Shown piece after piece: positions 14,904 through 28,218 of a DNA stretch of 64,000 nt. Source of the DNA: Octopus sinensis (Eukaryota); assembly GCF_006345805.1 (NCBI RefSeq), contig NC_043001.1, positions 110,980,001-111,044,000 on the forward strand. Direction: 5' to 3'. The position numbers were made by a program, and so were the translations under genes. The stretch's first letter is position 1, and the number at the start of each line of letters is the position of its first letter. Below the pieces are notes generated by a model, which saw only the letters and a list, made by a program, of their open reading frames with translations, had not been told where the DNA came from and did not search any database.

Positions 14904-16544
14904 TGTGTTTGTGCGCGCGTGTGTGTATTTGTATGAATTATTTCATTAATATACTATATATTTTTGCTCTTATATGCTGCGATTAGTTTCATGCTTTGAG
15001 AACATGCTAAACATTATTTTATAACATGTCTAGTCTCCCAGCACAATCTTCAAACACTGCCCACGTTGCATAACGAACTAAAAATGGGACAACAGAAGAG
15101 CCGCGAAAGGAAAGAAGTAAGGATATATAAAGAAATGGAAGCTTGAAAAAACGGAAACGGATATGTTATCAAAAAGATGCAAAAAAGGGAAAAGTGCTAT
15201 TTCACTTTGTATATTATAAGGTGGGAAAGATAGTGTCTTAGAGTTTACTGTACAGACTTAAGCTGCTGGTGGAGGTAGGTACTTCCCAATTTTTCAAAAG
15301 GAATTCAGGCATATGCTTACAACTGCTAAAAATTTGTTTTCTGGTTTTCCAACCTTCCGCTTTTTTATATATGTACTTCAATCCCGCCTTTTACCGCTTC
15401 TTCTCTCGTCCCGTTTTTATTTCGTTATGCATCGTGGGGAGTGTCTGAGCATTATGCTGGGATACTAGACGTGTTATAAAACAATGTTTGACATATTGTC
15501 AGAACATGCAACGAATAGTTGCTCAGAAAACCATAGTTTGTGTTCATTAAATAATGTTTATCTCTCACATGTATATGGGTATGTGAGTATGCGTATCACA
15601 TCCTTATCCAGAGTTGAGCGACAACGGTAATAATAAAAGTACTGATGATAATTTAATACATAAAAGTTGTTACCATATTTGAAAATATGATAGGCACCTA
15701 GAGAAGGAAAAATAAAGTTGTAAAAACTATGAATATCCCCTAAAACTTCACAGCTCAGAATTTTAGAAAAATTGCAATCTTAGGCCAAACCCTAAACTGT
15801 TAAGTTGCAGAGTGGAAAAAATTTAAAGAATTCAAAAGCCGAAGACTCGGAGCCACAGCCTACCTTTCAATTTCCTGTCCAGAAAAAGCTGGCCAAATCT
15901 GAAAAACAAATTTGTGTATGAATTATACTGGAATGAAAAAGACATTAAGCACTCCCATGTTTTAAGAGGAATGTTAGTAAAATTTAGAAAACTAAAGTTT
16001 GGCTTCTCCCGAAGAACTCAAGCGGTAACCAGTAAACTACTTTCAACAGATCTAGTGGATATCTGCGATTCAACGCATCTGTGACCTCTGGGGAAACAGT
16101 ACATCGTGCAATGCTTTTCAGATTAAATCAAATGTATATGTAATTGTATAAGATTGCTATAAAATGGGTTAATTAAATACTTTTAAGTATTATTTCTACT
16201 GCATGTAACTGAGATGGTAGATGTGGATGTGCACTGGAAACGATGGGCTTCTTTCTATATATTTATAGAAAATATTTTTGGGGTGGGGAATAAATTTATT
16301 ATTAAAGCAAGAGGTTAATTATCGCTTACTTAGTATAGATATATGTAATGGAGTATTAAACTTTGAAAATCATTGACATAACCGTCCATTTTTGCAATAA
16401 TAATTGTTGATACAAAGAAATACGTCGAATTCGATTGTAAAGATATTGGATGCAAGATATTGTAGTTATGTATATTTGCTTTTCTTTTGTGACGTTGGAG
16501 AATCTAACCAATCCAGTACACAACTAAAATGTATCTAGAGTTAT

Positions 16545-17310
16545 ATTAAATTTTGGGACAAGGCCGACAGTTTTGCGGGAGGAGGAATTCTTTTATATCG
16601 ACTTCAGTGTTCAACTGGTATTTATTTATCCACCCCGAAAGGATGAAATGCAAAGTGTAACTCAAAGGAATTTTGAACACAGGACAAAATGACAGACTAA
16701 ATGCCACGAAGCATTTTGCCCAGCATGTTAACGATTCTTTTCTACTCTAGGTTCAAGGACCAAAATTTGGAGGGAAGGTGTCAGTCAATTAGATCTACCC
16801 CAGTACGCAACTGGTACTTAATTTATCCACCCTGAAAGGATGAAAGGCAAAGTCGACCCCGGTGGAATTTGAACTCAGAACGTAAAGACAAACGAAATAC
16901 AGCTAAGTATTTCGCCCAACGTGTTAACCATTCTTTTCTACTCTAGGCACAAGGCCCGAAATTTTGGGGGAGAGGGCCAATCGATTAGAGCGGCCCCAGT
17001 ACTTAACTTGTTGACCCTGAAAGAATGAAAGGCAAAGTCGACCTCGAAGAAATTTGAAATCAGAACGTAAAGACAGACGAAATACTTTTACTACCCTCAA
17101 GGGTCTAAACACATAGGGGACAAACAAGGACAGACAAACGGATTAAGTCGATTATATCGATCACAGTGCGTAACTGGTACTTATTTAATCGACCCCGAAA
17201 GGATGGAAGGCAAAGTCGACCTCGGCGGAATTTGAATTCAGAACGTAGCGGTAGACGAAATACCACTAAGCATTTTGCCCGTTGTGCTAACGATTCTGCC
17301 AGCTCGCCGC
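16545..17310 (-). mobile_element. Head-to-tail array of four SINE-A copies
   Basis: The gaaaggatgaaaggcaaagtcgacc..ggaatttgaactcagaacgta core recurs near 16640, 16835, 17020 and 17200. Only the last copy has a complete head. Confidence 0.9.
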
Positions 17311-18586
17311 TTTAGAATGTCTCTAGAATTCTATTACTGATAAAATTGTCTCTGTACCACTCAGTTTCTAATCTTATGAAATATGCGCAGTGTTGCACCA
17401 TCAGATTATCATCAAATCGATGCTTTTAACATTATGCAAAGAATGTGTATTTACCTCCCATTATATTTATATATCTATCAATCTATCTACATATGTGCGT
17501 GTACCGTTAGAGAAATAAATAAGCCGTTGGATATACCATTAATAGCACTTGTGTTCTCCTTTGATTGAGTGGGGCACAATACTCCGTGGAAAGTTTTCTA
17601 CTCTTTTATGTATAACAATAACGCTAATTGCGAAGAAAACCTAAAGCTGGTCTCGCCTGGGTTTTCTTCAAGAATCCAAAGTCGAAGCAAGCGAGTATGG
17701 GCAAAAAACGTTTGATGTGGATTGTGCTTCCACTGGCAGCAAAGGTCAACGCCCTGTTGAGTGGTTAAGAAGTCAACATCACGAGAAATCTGTTACTTAG
17801 TTTAATGCAGTCCACTGGAAACTCGTCACTTAGTACTTCCTGCTTCATATTTGTGTGTGTCTCGGGGAATGAACGGAAAACCATATCTTCTGTACTGATA
17901 TTTCCTTCGACGTGAAGAAATTGAAATTGTAGAGTAAGGACATTTGTGTAGATGCTTGTGCGTGTTTCTAGGGTGTCTGCTTGTACGTGTAAGTGTCTAG
18001 GTGTGCGCCTGTATGTCTATTGGCGAGGATGTATTAAAAAAAATTTGGGAAGACTTATAAAGCGAGATAATGAATGAAGGCATCGTCTGTAGTAGAGGGT
18101 TGTTCTTGAGCGTATTTCTAAAGCAGTGTGTGTGAATATTGTGCTTAGAGTGCAGGAAACACGAAGTGCATGTTACATATATACACATGTGTGTGCGTGT
18201 GTGTAATATAAACGTGTGAATGCATACGTTTGCGGTTTTCATTGTGTACTGTATAATTGCTGGATGGTTGTACATATGCAATCTATGTTTCCTGTTTGTA
18301 TCTGCTGTACGTGTGTTTTTTCCAATCTTCCTACATCGTGCACTTTACTATTAGTGTAAGTAAGTGTGTATATATCCGTAACGTGTATCGTCGTGGGGCA
18401 TATTTGGGAGAAAGTATTGTGGTATGCATTCGCCTGTAGGTCAGTGTAATTACGTGTGAAGAGTACTTTCATGTAGTGGGGTATGTGGGTCATTTCATAG
18501 TTTGCTTTCTAGCACGACGTAGTATATATTTATATTGCATCTCCGTATGATGCGTGTGTTCATGTATCAATATAGACGCATGTCTA

Positions 18587-18820
18587 GGCGGCGGCATGGT
18601 AGAAACCTTAGCGAATCGGGGGAAATACTTAGCGACATTTTGTCTGTCTTTACGTTCTGAGTTCAAATTCCGCCGAGGTCGACTTTGCATTTCATCATTT
18701 CGTGGTCGATAAATTAAGTACCAGTTACGCACTGGGGTCGATGTAATCGACTTAATCCCTTTATCTGTCCTTGTTTGTCCCCTCTATGTTTATCCCCTTG
18801 TGGGCAATAAAAAAATAAGT
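18587..18820 (+). mobile_element. SINE family A (tail Y)
   Basis: 14-bp TSD with one mismatch: tagacgcatgtcta (18573-18586) and tagacgcatgccta (18821-18834). Confidence 0.93.
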
Positions 18821-18939
18821 TAGACGCATGCCTATGCAGCCGTATACGTGCTCATAGTAACATCTTCCTATGTTTGAGTGTCTCTCAAAGGGTATATATC
18901 TATTACTGTTCAGTGAACCGCATTTAATCTTGGAGGCCC

Positions 18940-19400
18940 TTAAGACTATTTAATCTCACCTTGATTGAATTTAATGCACCATGCAGCTTCCAGCAGCAAG
19001 AGGACATCGAGTGCACTTTTATGAGGATGCACAAATGTGTTGCCGTTAGGATCAAACCATGTAGCAAAACCTCTTTAACTTCCCTTCCAAACCGAATCTA
19101 CATCACAATATTTGCAGATATTCTACTCTGCGCAAATTCATTTCTACATTCTTCTACAATCTCATAGTTATTAAATCCATATACTGCTATTAATATGATT
19201 GCATATACTTCCCTAATAAACAGCATGAACCTAACAATACTGGCGTTCGTATCCGTTTTCATTGAACCTTGACCAAAGGACATAATTCTAGGTACCATCA
19301 CTGAGAATTCCTATTTTGATTTTCTCTTCGATCTATCTTACACATCCGACAATAAACACGCTCTTCCACCATTTAAATCCATTTCTCTCCCTCTCAGCTT
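18940..19400 (-). mobile_element. Possible highly decayed LINE AP-endonuclease fragment
   Basis: Minus frames give ILIAVYGFNN..EECRNEF, then IVM, then TWFDPNG..SALDVLL. The order resembles the APE motifs (VYAP, IxxGDFN, TWxxP, xIDY). Weak and needs frameshifts. Confidence 0.3.
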
Positions 19401-20129
19401 CTCTTACTATTTTCTCTTAGAAATAGAAAGTTTGTCAATACTACCAGTAACAAAATTGCAGGTTCTTCCGCGACAAATAAATTATTTGGTCATCGTACAA
19501 ATGTGAAGCGTAATACTTTTACGTCTCTGCGTCAAAGAACTTCATCACAAATGGCTCTGCCTCATAGGAAAGTTCATGGTGGTTGCCAAGAGTTCACTGT
19601 AGTTTCTAAGAAATCAGAAGAGCTCTCAACTGTGATATGAGTTTCGATGAGCTTGTTGAAGCAAAAGATTCGCCTTCAACATCTGTACCTACCCGAAGCA
19701 ATATGCTCGTCCCATCAACGGTTGCGGCGGCAAATGGGCACAATTGAACTTGGCTCCATACATTTTTACGGACTGGTTCCACAGAAACCTAGCATTCACA
19801 TCCAACATCAGTAACAATGTAATCTTTCTGAGATATAAAATCATTTTGACTAATCGAAACACGGCAAATGAAATTGATATTCTGGAAAACCAACTGTCAT
19901 TCCTATTTTAAACTGATTTAAATAAAACTTACCTTACGATGCAAATGTAACAGTGGCCTTCTCTCAATGCACTTTATAGAGACTACACACTCATTTTCAC
20001 ATAAATACTACATTTTTACGTTACTGTTTTAGCAACAAAACTTGCAGATTTTGGAGTCCTCAGCTCGGATCATTATACTTACCACAGATACGTTCAATCG
20101 TTACAACAGATACACTTGCATATACGTGC

Positions 20130-20795
20130 TGAGAATCAGCATCAAATTTTGGCAAAACCTTGGCGATACCTGCTTAGAGGCCCACGCAAAGTTTTCAAAA
20201 CATTTTCAACGTCCTCGACACAATCAAAGAGTTCTTGTGCAACTGCAGCCTGAGGGTGGTGTCTTTGTGGCCAGCTAAAAGCAGTTTCAGCCCAAATATG
20301 GTGGACACCCGCATCATACCCAAATCTTCAGTGATAATGGACGAAACTGCACCATAGCTAATTTACACATCTTCTCATAATTCATGAATGGGGATTCAAC
20401 GATTTTTCCTCAAAAATACATGCAAATTTGCGGTGTTTTTCTCAGTTCTGCTGAATGTTCATTATTGACAGTTTTTACCATCTTGGATACGTCTGACACA
20501 CCCGTACACTTGTTTGGGCCTAATGCATTCCTTTCCATACACTTTGTGCAACTTTGCGTAGTCTTCTGAGCAGGTATCGCCATGACAACTTTCTCTGTCA
20601 TGGTCAATGTTACGATCACACGACACCCACCTTCCTTCAAAGCACTGATGTAAACAGCGGAAGTAAGTAACAAATTAAAATTTATTGCTCGTGCGCAGCA
20701 TAGTTCAAAACCAATATTTTCCAAACGGGTTTACTCTGCAAGCTGTAACATCGTTACTGTGCCAACAGTCCGGGTACTTATTGATCAGTATATAC
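20130..20795 (-). mobile_element. Rearranged mariner remnant (N-terminal transposase with an inverted 5' segment)
   Basis: Minus strand: GDTCSEDYAKLHKVYGKECIRPKQVY..IQDGK and ISYGAVSSIITEDLGMMRVS. TIR-like tgatcaataagtacccggact near 20768-20788. Plus strand 20132-20191: RISIKFWQNLGDTCLEAHAK. Confidence 0.82.
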
Positions 20796-20844
20796 ACTTT
20801 GATATTTTTAACCGTAGAGACCACTAAGTAGAAACTATATGCTG

Positions 20845-20884
<40 letters not shown>

Positions 20885-21194
20885 CATACATACATACACA
20901 CACACACACTCATATATATATATAAAATTATAATTTAGGGTAAACCATATTAAATGAAGTTTTAATGTGACTTCAGAGGCAAGTTTTGGCTGGTATTTCC
21001 AGCGTGGAGGTATCTCATAGATACCTTAAATTATAAATTTAATAATAATTATTACCTTTGAAGGTGTTTTTATTCCTATGCCGGCAACTTGATAATATCG
21101 ATATTTAATATATATATGAAGTACCTCATTTCTTCTAATATAAATATATATATATATTATATATATATATATATATAATATATATATATATATA

Positions 21195-21355
21195 TGGCTG
21201 TGTGGTAAGTAGCTTGCTAGCCAACCACATGGTTCCGGTTTCAGTCCCACCGCGTAGCATCTTGGGCAAGTGTCTTCTGCTATAGCTCCGGGCCGACCAA
21301 TGCCTCGTGAGTGGATTTGGTAGACGGAAACTGAAAGAAGCCTGTCGTATATATG

Positions 21356-21386
<31 letters not shown>

Positions 21387-21595
21387 GTGTGTGTGTTTGT
21401 GTGTCTGTGTTTGTCCCCCTAGCATTGCTTGACAACCGATGGTGGTGTGTTTACGTCCCCGTCACTTATCGGTTCGGCAAAAGAGACCGATAGAATAAGT
21501 ACTGGGCCTACAAAGAATAAGTCTCGGGGTCGATTTGCTCGACTAAAGGCTGTGCTCCAGCATGGCCGCAGTCAAATGACTGAAACAAGTAAAGA

Positions 21596-21598
<3 letters not shown>
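21195..21598 (+). mobile_element. SINE family B, near full length (reference copy)
   Basis: tggctgtgtggtaag A-box region, ggttccggtttcagtccc B-box, internal (TA)(GT) tract, tail ending gactgaaacaagtaaagag. Confidence 0.93.
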
Positions 21599-21641
<43 letters not shown>

Positions 21642-21879
21642 TATATATGCATATATATGAATATATGCTGTCAGAGATGATGTCCAATTAAACTATTGAT
21701 TTAATTATCTTTATTTTCTTATTTTCTTAAAAGCATATATAACTCCAATTACCTAACAGTCGAATAAGAAATGTAATATTAAATAGTCATTGTAATAGGT
21801 AATAAACCAGTATATTTACTGGCTTTTACTATCTCTAATGAGATTTTTAACCTCTAATTGAATATATATAATATATATA

Positions 21880-21920
<41 letters not shown>

Positions 21921-22529
21921 TAATCCAAACAATAAAACACAATATATATATATATATAATATATATATATATATATTATATATATAATATATAATATATA
22001 TACATGCATACATATATCAATGGAATATCGCCTCACCTTTGGGACATGATTTCAGAATACTTCGCTGATTAATTTTGTTTGTCACATTTTAAAACAAAAA
22101 TGGAGGCGTACGATATCTTGCGGTAAACAATGATAAAAATAATCTCTAATTAAGAGAAAAAGATTATCAAGCCGGCAAAAAATAAGAAAAAAAGAAGGAA
22201 AAGTTGATGATACTTAACCAAAATATAATATTACAACGGCGGTAGCAAATGTAACATAACGGCGTCGAAACATCCAGCTTTGAATGATTATGTACACACA
22301 CACACACATACACACACACACACACGCTCAAACACACATGCCACATATACACGCACACATCCCAGACATACGCACACACAGGCGCACACACTCAAATGTA
22401 GCAAGCTCATAATAATAAGCACACTTACATACCCATGCACATACATAAGTCTTAGACATATGTTTTGTTAAGTTAAACACACACACACATAAAAAATATT
22501 CATAACTATCATTCTATCTATCTTTCTCC

Positions 22530-22545
22530 TGCGGTATGTGTGTAT

Positions 22546-22578
<33 letters not shown>

Positions 22579-22699
22579 CATACATATTTATATATCTATA
22601 TCTATATATATATTATATATATATATGTATATGTATATCTATATATGTATGTATATATATATATATATGTATACATATGTATATGTATATCTATATATG

Positions 22700-22748
<49 letters not shown>

Positions 22749-22759
22749 CATATACACAC

Positions 22760-22804
<45 letters not shown>

Positions 22805-22828
22805 CATATACACACACACACACACATA

Positions 22829-22878
<50 letters not shown>

Positions 22879-23698
22879 AGTAGTTAGAGAGAGAGAGTGA
22901 GAAAGAGACAGACAGACATCATGTAAATGCTCATAAATACATACATCAATACATTTACATCTGTCTATACGTAAGTCTAAACGTACATATATACACCCAT
23001 GTTCGCTACATGTGTACGCGTGTGTGTGTGTGTGTGCGCGCGTGTGTGCATGAGTGTCTTCCTGTAAGTGCTTAATAGGTCTGTTTGTGGTGTACGTCTG
23101 GATGTTTACGTAGTGTTCATTAGCGTCGATGTGCGTTCATTTTCTTTGTTCCTTTCATCCGCTTCTACAGTTCCAGCTTTTGACTAAATGCAAGCATTTT
23201 CACACTGTTTGTATATTAAGGAGACATAGGTATGTGCAGTAAAGTTTTTGAATCTGGAATGAGGTCAACGTGTCACCTGATACGATGTGTTATCACGTGT
23301 TCTTCGTACGTAGGAGGATATGCAGTTGAAATATTTCTAAGCGTCCGAACACACAAGCAGAGGGACACAAGGAAAGCATCTTGCAATATAATTACAAAAT
23401 AGCTTTCAGGAATATATATATGTAGATATATATATATATATATATGTATGTAGTATGTATGTATGCACACATATATATATATACAAGAATATATGTATGA
23501 TATATGTATGTATATATGTATGTAATATATGTATATAATGTATGTATATATGTATGTATATATATATATATATATACATATATTATATGATACATGTATA
23601 TATATATATGCATGTATATGTAGTATATATATATACATATATATATATATTATATATATATATATCTATATATATATGTATATAGATATATATATATG

Positions 23699-23750
<52 letters not shown>

Positions 23751-23770
23751 TATATGTAAATATATATGTA

Positions 23771-23826
<56 letters not shown>

Positions 23827-23830
23827 CAAA
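22530..23830. repeat. Long degenerate (TA)n/(CA)n tracts (22530-22880 and 23420-23830)
   Basis: Directly visible. Source of many I/Y-rich pseudo-ORFs. Confidence 0.95.
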
Positions 23831-24407
23831 AATAAGCATAAACACAAATATAAACGCTTATGTGCATACGCACGTAGGCACACAGACATTACACCGCACA
23901 CACCCAGACACACACAACCACACACTTACATACACACATGCAGGTATACATATAGTAACTTACACATACTTTTGCATATATTGCGTTTACTGCAAGTCTT
24001 TGCGTATATATATACACACAAATAAAACAGACACGTATTAACAACATACACGCATTGATATATTCATATATATGTGTGTGTGTGCGTGTGTGTGAGTGTG
24101 TGCATGCGTGTGTGTGTGTGAGTGTTTGTGTGTCAGTAGTATGTTTCCTCTGTACATATATTTCTTCGGAGCAACTCTGAAAGAATTACGTCAAAACGTT
24201 TGGGCCTTTTCGTAATAATTTCCCTTTTCTGTCACTATACCGACAGCTTGCCATTGAAGAAGCTTTGAATCCGATGAAATGTGAACTAAACTCATCTGAC
24301 ATTGGAAATTCAGTATCTTTCTCTTCATCATATCTGTGTCCTTTATTTGTGTACATATACACACACAAATAAATATATATTATTTCTGTTCTATTTTTAA
24401 AAAAAAA

Positions 24408-24445
24408 CTGTCCGATGAACGGGAATGTGAAACTCTGAGTAACAG
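24408..24445 (+). ncRNA. Minimal type-I hammerhead ribozyme-like motif, family H1 (core CCGATGA)
   Basis: ctgt-CCGATGA-acg(ggaa)tgt-GAAA-ctc(t)gag-TA-acag. Stems I, II and III all pair; GUA cleavage triplet. Confidence 0.7.
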
Positions 24446-24599
24446 CTTTTGTATATATTTCTGCTTTTAAATAATATATATATATATATATATATGAGAT
24501 CTATATATATATATATATATTTAATAAATATATATATCTATATATATATAATATATTATATAGATATATATATATATATTATATATATTATATATATAC

Positions 24600-24635
<36 letters not shown>

Positions 24636-24906
24636 TAAGATATAGATATATATATCTGCCCTCATTTATAAGTTGTTTATAAATTTAACCTTTAAAGGTA
24701 TTTTTTAATATGTAGGCCATTTAAATCTTTTTTTTCGAAAAAAATTTATCCCACATTAAATATAAAAGATATAGACATATACATATGATTTTGATTTTTG
24801 ATTTTTCCAGTTTCAGCTCATGAGCTGTGGCCATGTTGGGGCACCGCCATTGTATATATATATATATATCTGTAAATATAGTATGTGACAATTATTCAGG
24901 AGTCAT

Positions 24907-24967
24907 GATAAAACTCCGAGTTTCGGGTGTCGGGGCGGAAATCGACGCCGGCATCTCTTCAGTTATC
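24907..24967 (-). ncRNA. Type-I hammerhead ribozyme, canonical core
   Basis: The reverse complement reads gataa-CTGAAGA-g..ggcgtcg(loop)cgacaccc-GAAA-ctc(g)gag-TT-ttatc. 5-bp stem I; GUU triplet. Confidence 0.75.
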
Positions 24968-25109
24968 GAGCCATCGAAAAAAATCTAAGAATTTCCCTCC
25001 AAAAATAAATATGTATGTGTGAAAAGGAATACTAAGACACACATCGAATAAACTACAACGATGAGACATTACGTTATTGATTTTTTATTACAAAACAGAA
25101 TAGTTACCG

Positions 25110-26090
25110 TAAAAAAAAAATAGAGCATGCGGCTGGTTTGTCCAGACTGGTACGAAAACACGGAGAACTATTCGACGATACGGTAATCGCAGCATTAAGA
25201 TCAGAAGGAGAAACAGAAAATGTAATGGGGAATGTGGTACTCGAATTACCAGTGACCCTTGAAGACATAAAACGAAATGCAGAAAAAGTCTAACAGAAAT
25301 TGAAAGAATACTATGGACAAGTAAAGTATATAGGAATAGGAAAGGTTGGGAACGACACCGATACGTGAATATCAAATTCGATGCCGTACTGATGTATGCA
25401 CAGTGAGTAACAATATCTGAAACCCTGCAAAAGAATATGCTGAGGGTACTCCATCTTCGACATCCTGGTATTTAGAGGATGAAGGCTTTAATGCCTAGCT
25501 ACGTGTACCGGCCTAAAATGGATAGCGAAATCGAAAATTTAGAGAAAGGCTGCGGAGGGTGTGCACCAGCGGCAAAATTACCGTAGATAAAGGGTGAAAC
25601 TTGGCCAAAAGTAGATATTCCGTGGTCAAGATTACACATTGATTTCGCTGGTCCCTTAAACGGTTCATAATATTAGTGGAAGTACATAGTTTCTCTAAAT
25701 GGTCAGAAATGTGTAAAAGGTGTAAAAAGTGTAAAAGGCTAACCGCCTCAACTGCGACAAATTTTCTACAAGGGCAGATTGCGAGATCTGACGTCCTAGA
25801 CGCGACAGTGTCTGACAATGTTTCTTTTGAGTTTAAAATGTTTTGTAGAAACTACTTTGCCATATCATCCCAGATCGAACCGACAAACAGAATGCATATG
25901 TCAATTGTTCAAGAGAGCTCTAAGAAAGTCGAATAAGGATGTCACGGATGAGATAGCTCTAAAACAATTCTTAAGTTTATACCGTATGGCACAAAATCCA
26001 AACACACTAACAGGTATGTCACCAGTGGAGTTGCTGGTGGAGAGTGAAGTAAAATCAATCTTTGACAAATTGCTAGATGGACCTATATCG
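25110..26090 (+). mobile_element. Gypsy LTR-retrotransposon pol remnant (RNase H end to integrase)
   Basis: HAAGLSRL..ELPVTLEDIK; LHLRHPGI*RMKALM..CGGC (HHCC zinc finger); PWSRLHIDFAGP; VSDN; LPYHPRSN..; MSPVELL. Multiple stops and frameshifts; no LTRs recognised. Confidence 0.9.
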
Positions 26091-26995
26091 CAATGACAGG
26101 CGACTCGTTCAAGGAAAGGTATTCACAGTATCTGGTATCATTCAGTATCAAAAATAAAATTTAAGAATGCAACATCTCTGTCAAATATGATATAGATATT
26201 GAAAGAAGGTGGAGTAATCAACCTCCAGATAGAATGGAAATTATTGCTAAAGCCAAAAATACAGAGGACGGGGCACCAACTGTGAACACTGTATTACTGA
26301 AAAATTAACATTATACAATCAAAAGATAACATCCTAAACATTAGTGATGAAACTTTCTTCCCTTGCATATACAAACAATATTTTACACTCAAATATTTCA
26401 AAGAAGTGCCACTATCTCCGATTTTGTAAACCTGACATATCAATACACATAACCCAGAAACTCCACACAGAGAATAAAATATGCTCCAATGACGAACAAC
26501 CTCAGCACACTATAATAAGAAGAGTATGCCCAGAACGAAAACAAACTAATTCAAACAAATTCACCACACAATTTCCTCCAAACACAAATCCAAGGGAGAC
26601 AAACATCCAAAAGTTACCACTAGATGGAGAAGTCCCTTGATTAATTGCTTTATTCGTGTGAATTCGCGACAATCATCACAAACTAAACGAGGCTCTGTTT
26701 TCCAAAATGGAGGCGAAAACCTTTCTCATGTGATCGACTTGAAAAATTGGGATAGTTTCCTAATTTTCAGAACATGAAACCAATAGTAGCCATATTTCAC
26801 AAATAATGCGGTATTGAGAATTCTTTTTCCTCACTCGGCATTTCGTATATATATATACATATATATATATGTGTGTGTATGTGTGTATGTGTGTGTGTAT
26901 ATAAATTAATACATGTATATATTTATACATAATACATATATACATATCATATAAATTTATATGTATATACATATGTATATGTATTATATATATAT

Positions 26996-27037
<42 letters not shown>

Positions 27038-28090
27038 GTATGAATCTATATATATGTATGTTTTCATGTACGCATATGTCTATGTATATGTGCGTATACA
27101 TATATACATTCTAACGTGCTAGCGTGTCTTTGTGACTGTGTCAGTGTCTATGTGTCTGTGTATTTCTCCAATGTATATCGCGTACGACGTAAAATTAGCT
27201 TCTATGTGTCACAAAGTTTAAACCACTCTTTCCCTTTTTCACATAAGAAAGACAACTCGTAATATAGACGAAAATATTGTTTGTTAAGTATAAGTAGCAC
27301 TCACTTCCATTTTTCCTTGCATTTTATGGCACGAATTATTTGATAAACATATAATATGATTAACCTATTCGTTGACTAATTCTAGCATAATACCTAAACA
27401 AAGTAATAGTAATTAGGTGTCGTTTATTTGATTATAACTGAGTTATGGGTTTTTTTCTTTCAGATCTAATCAGTCGTTTAAATAGTCTAGTCACTTGCTG
27501 TTTTCCTTTTGAATACATACGATAATAAACTAACATGTCTACTTCGATTTTAGTAGTTTCTGAGTCTCTCTTTAACATCATACAGCCCACGACATTGTCT
27601 TTGCTTAATTACATTTCTTTTAATGTTTGTGTCTCCAATCGAAAGCGAGAATGAGAGAGAGAGAGATACAGACAGAAAGACTAAGAGACAGACACAGATA
27701 GATAGACCGACAGACAGATTGAGACAGAGACAAAGTGAGAGATCCAACAATAGAGATAAAGAGAGCCAAGGAGATGAGAGAGATAGATGATAGTGTGAAG
27801 TAATGTGTGGGCGTATTGGAGAAATTCTGCGTGTGTGCCTATGTTTGTGTTTGTGTGTCTGAGTGTGTGCGTGTGTGCGTGCGTGTGTGTCTGCGTGTAT
27901 GCGTGTGTGTGTGTGTGCGTGTGTGTGAGTGTGTGTGAGTGTGTGTGTGTGTGTGTGTTTGCGTCCGTGTGCATAATGTATAGGCAATAGGTTATTTATC
28001 AATTTACTGGAAGGTAAATTATCACCCAATTTCATCTTGGCGACATTCCAGGATATTAATAGTTATTTCAAATTTCTACGACTTTTATAC

Positions 28091-28218
28091 TAAATATTTA
28101 ATATATTTATTATATCGGTGGAAATATTTGCCATAACCAACGCAGTAACAGTATTGTTCAAATGCAATTTCAAATTATTCTCATATTATTGTTCAAGTCG
28201 TTGGTGTTGATTTTATGC
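28091..28218. repeat. Direct repeat, copy 1 (partner 29653-29776)
   Basis: 78-bp identical core: 28118-28195 equals 29681-29758. Confidence 0.92.

Noticed and set aside
16545-17310. Repeat-spacer-like periodicity (CRISPR-like)
   Set aside because: The units are ~190-bp SINE copies in eukaryotic DNA, with no unique spacers or cas genes.
18990-19250. Plus-strand GPCR-like hydrophobic stretch; a similar ERI-like motif on the minus strand near 20085-20130
   Set aside because: Resemblance is only impressionistic, with in-frame stops and no consistent exon structure.
24186-24368. Protein-like minus ORF (HRYDEEKDTEFPMSDEF..)
   Set aside because: No polypyrimidine acceptor, no homology I recognise, and no partner exons.
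26730-26800. Hairpin followed by GAAA resembling an HHR
   Set aside because: No CUGANGA core or stem I.
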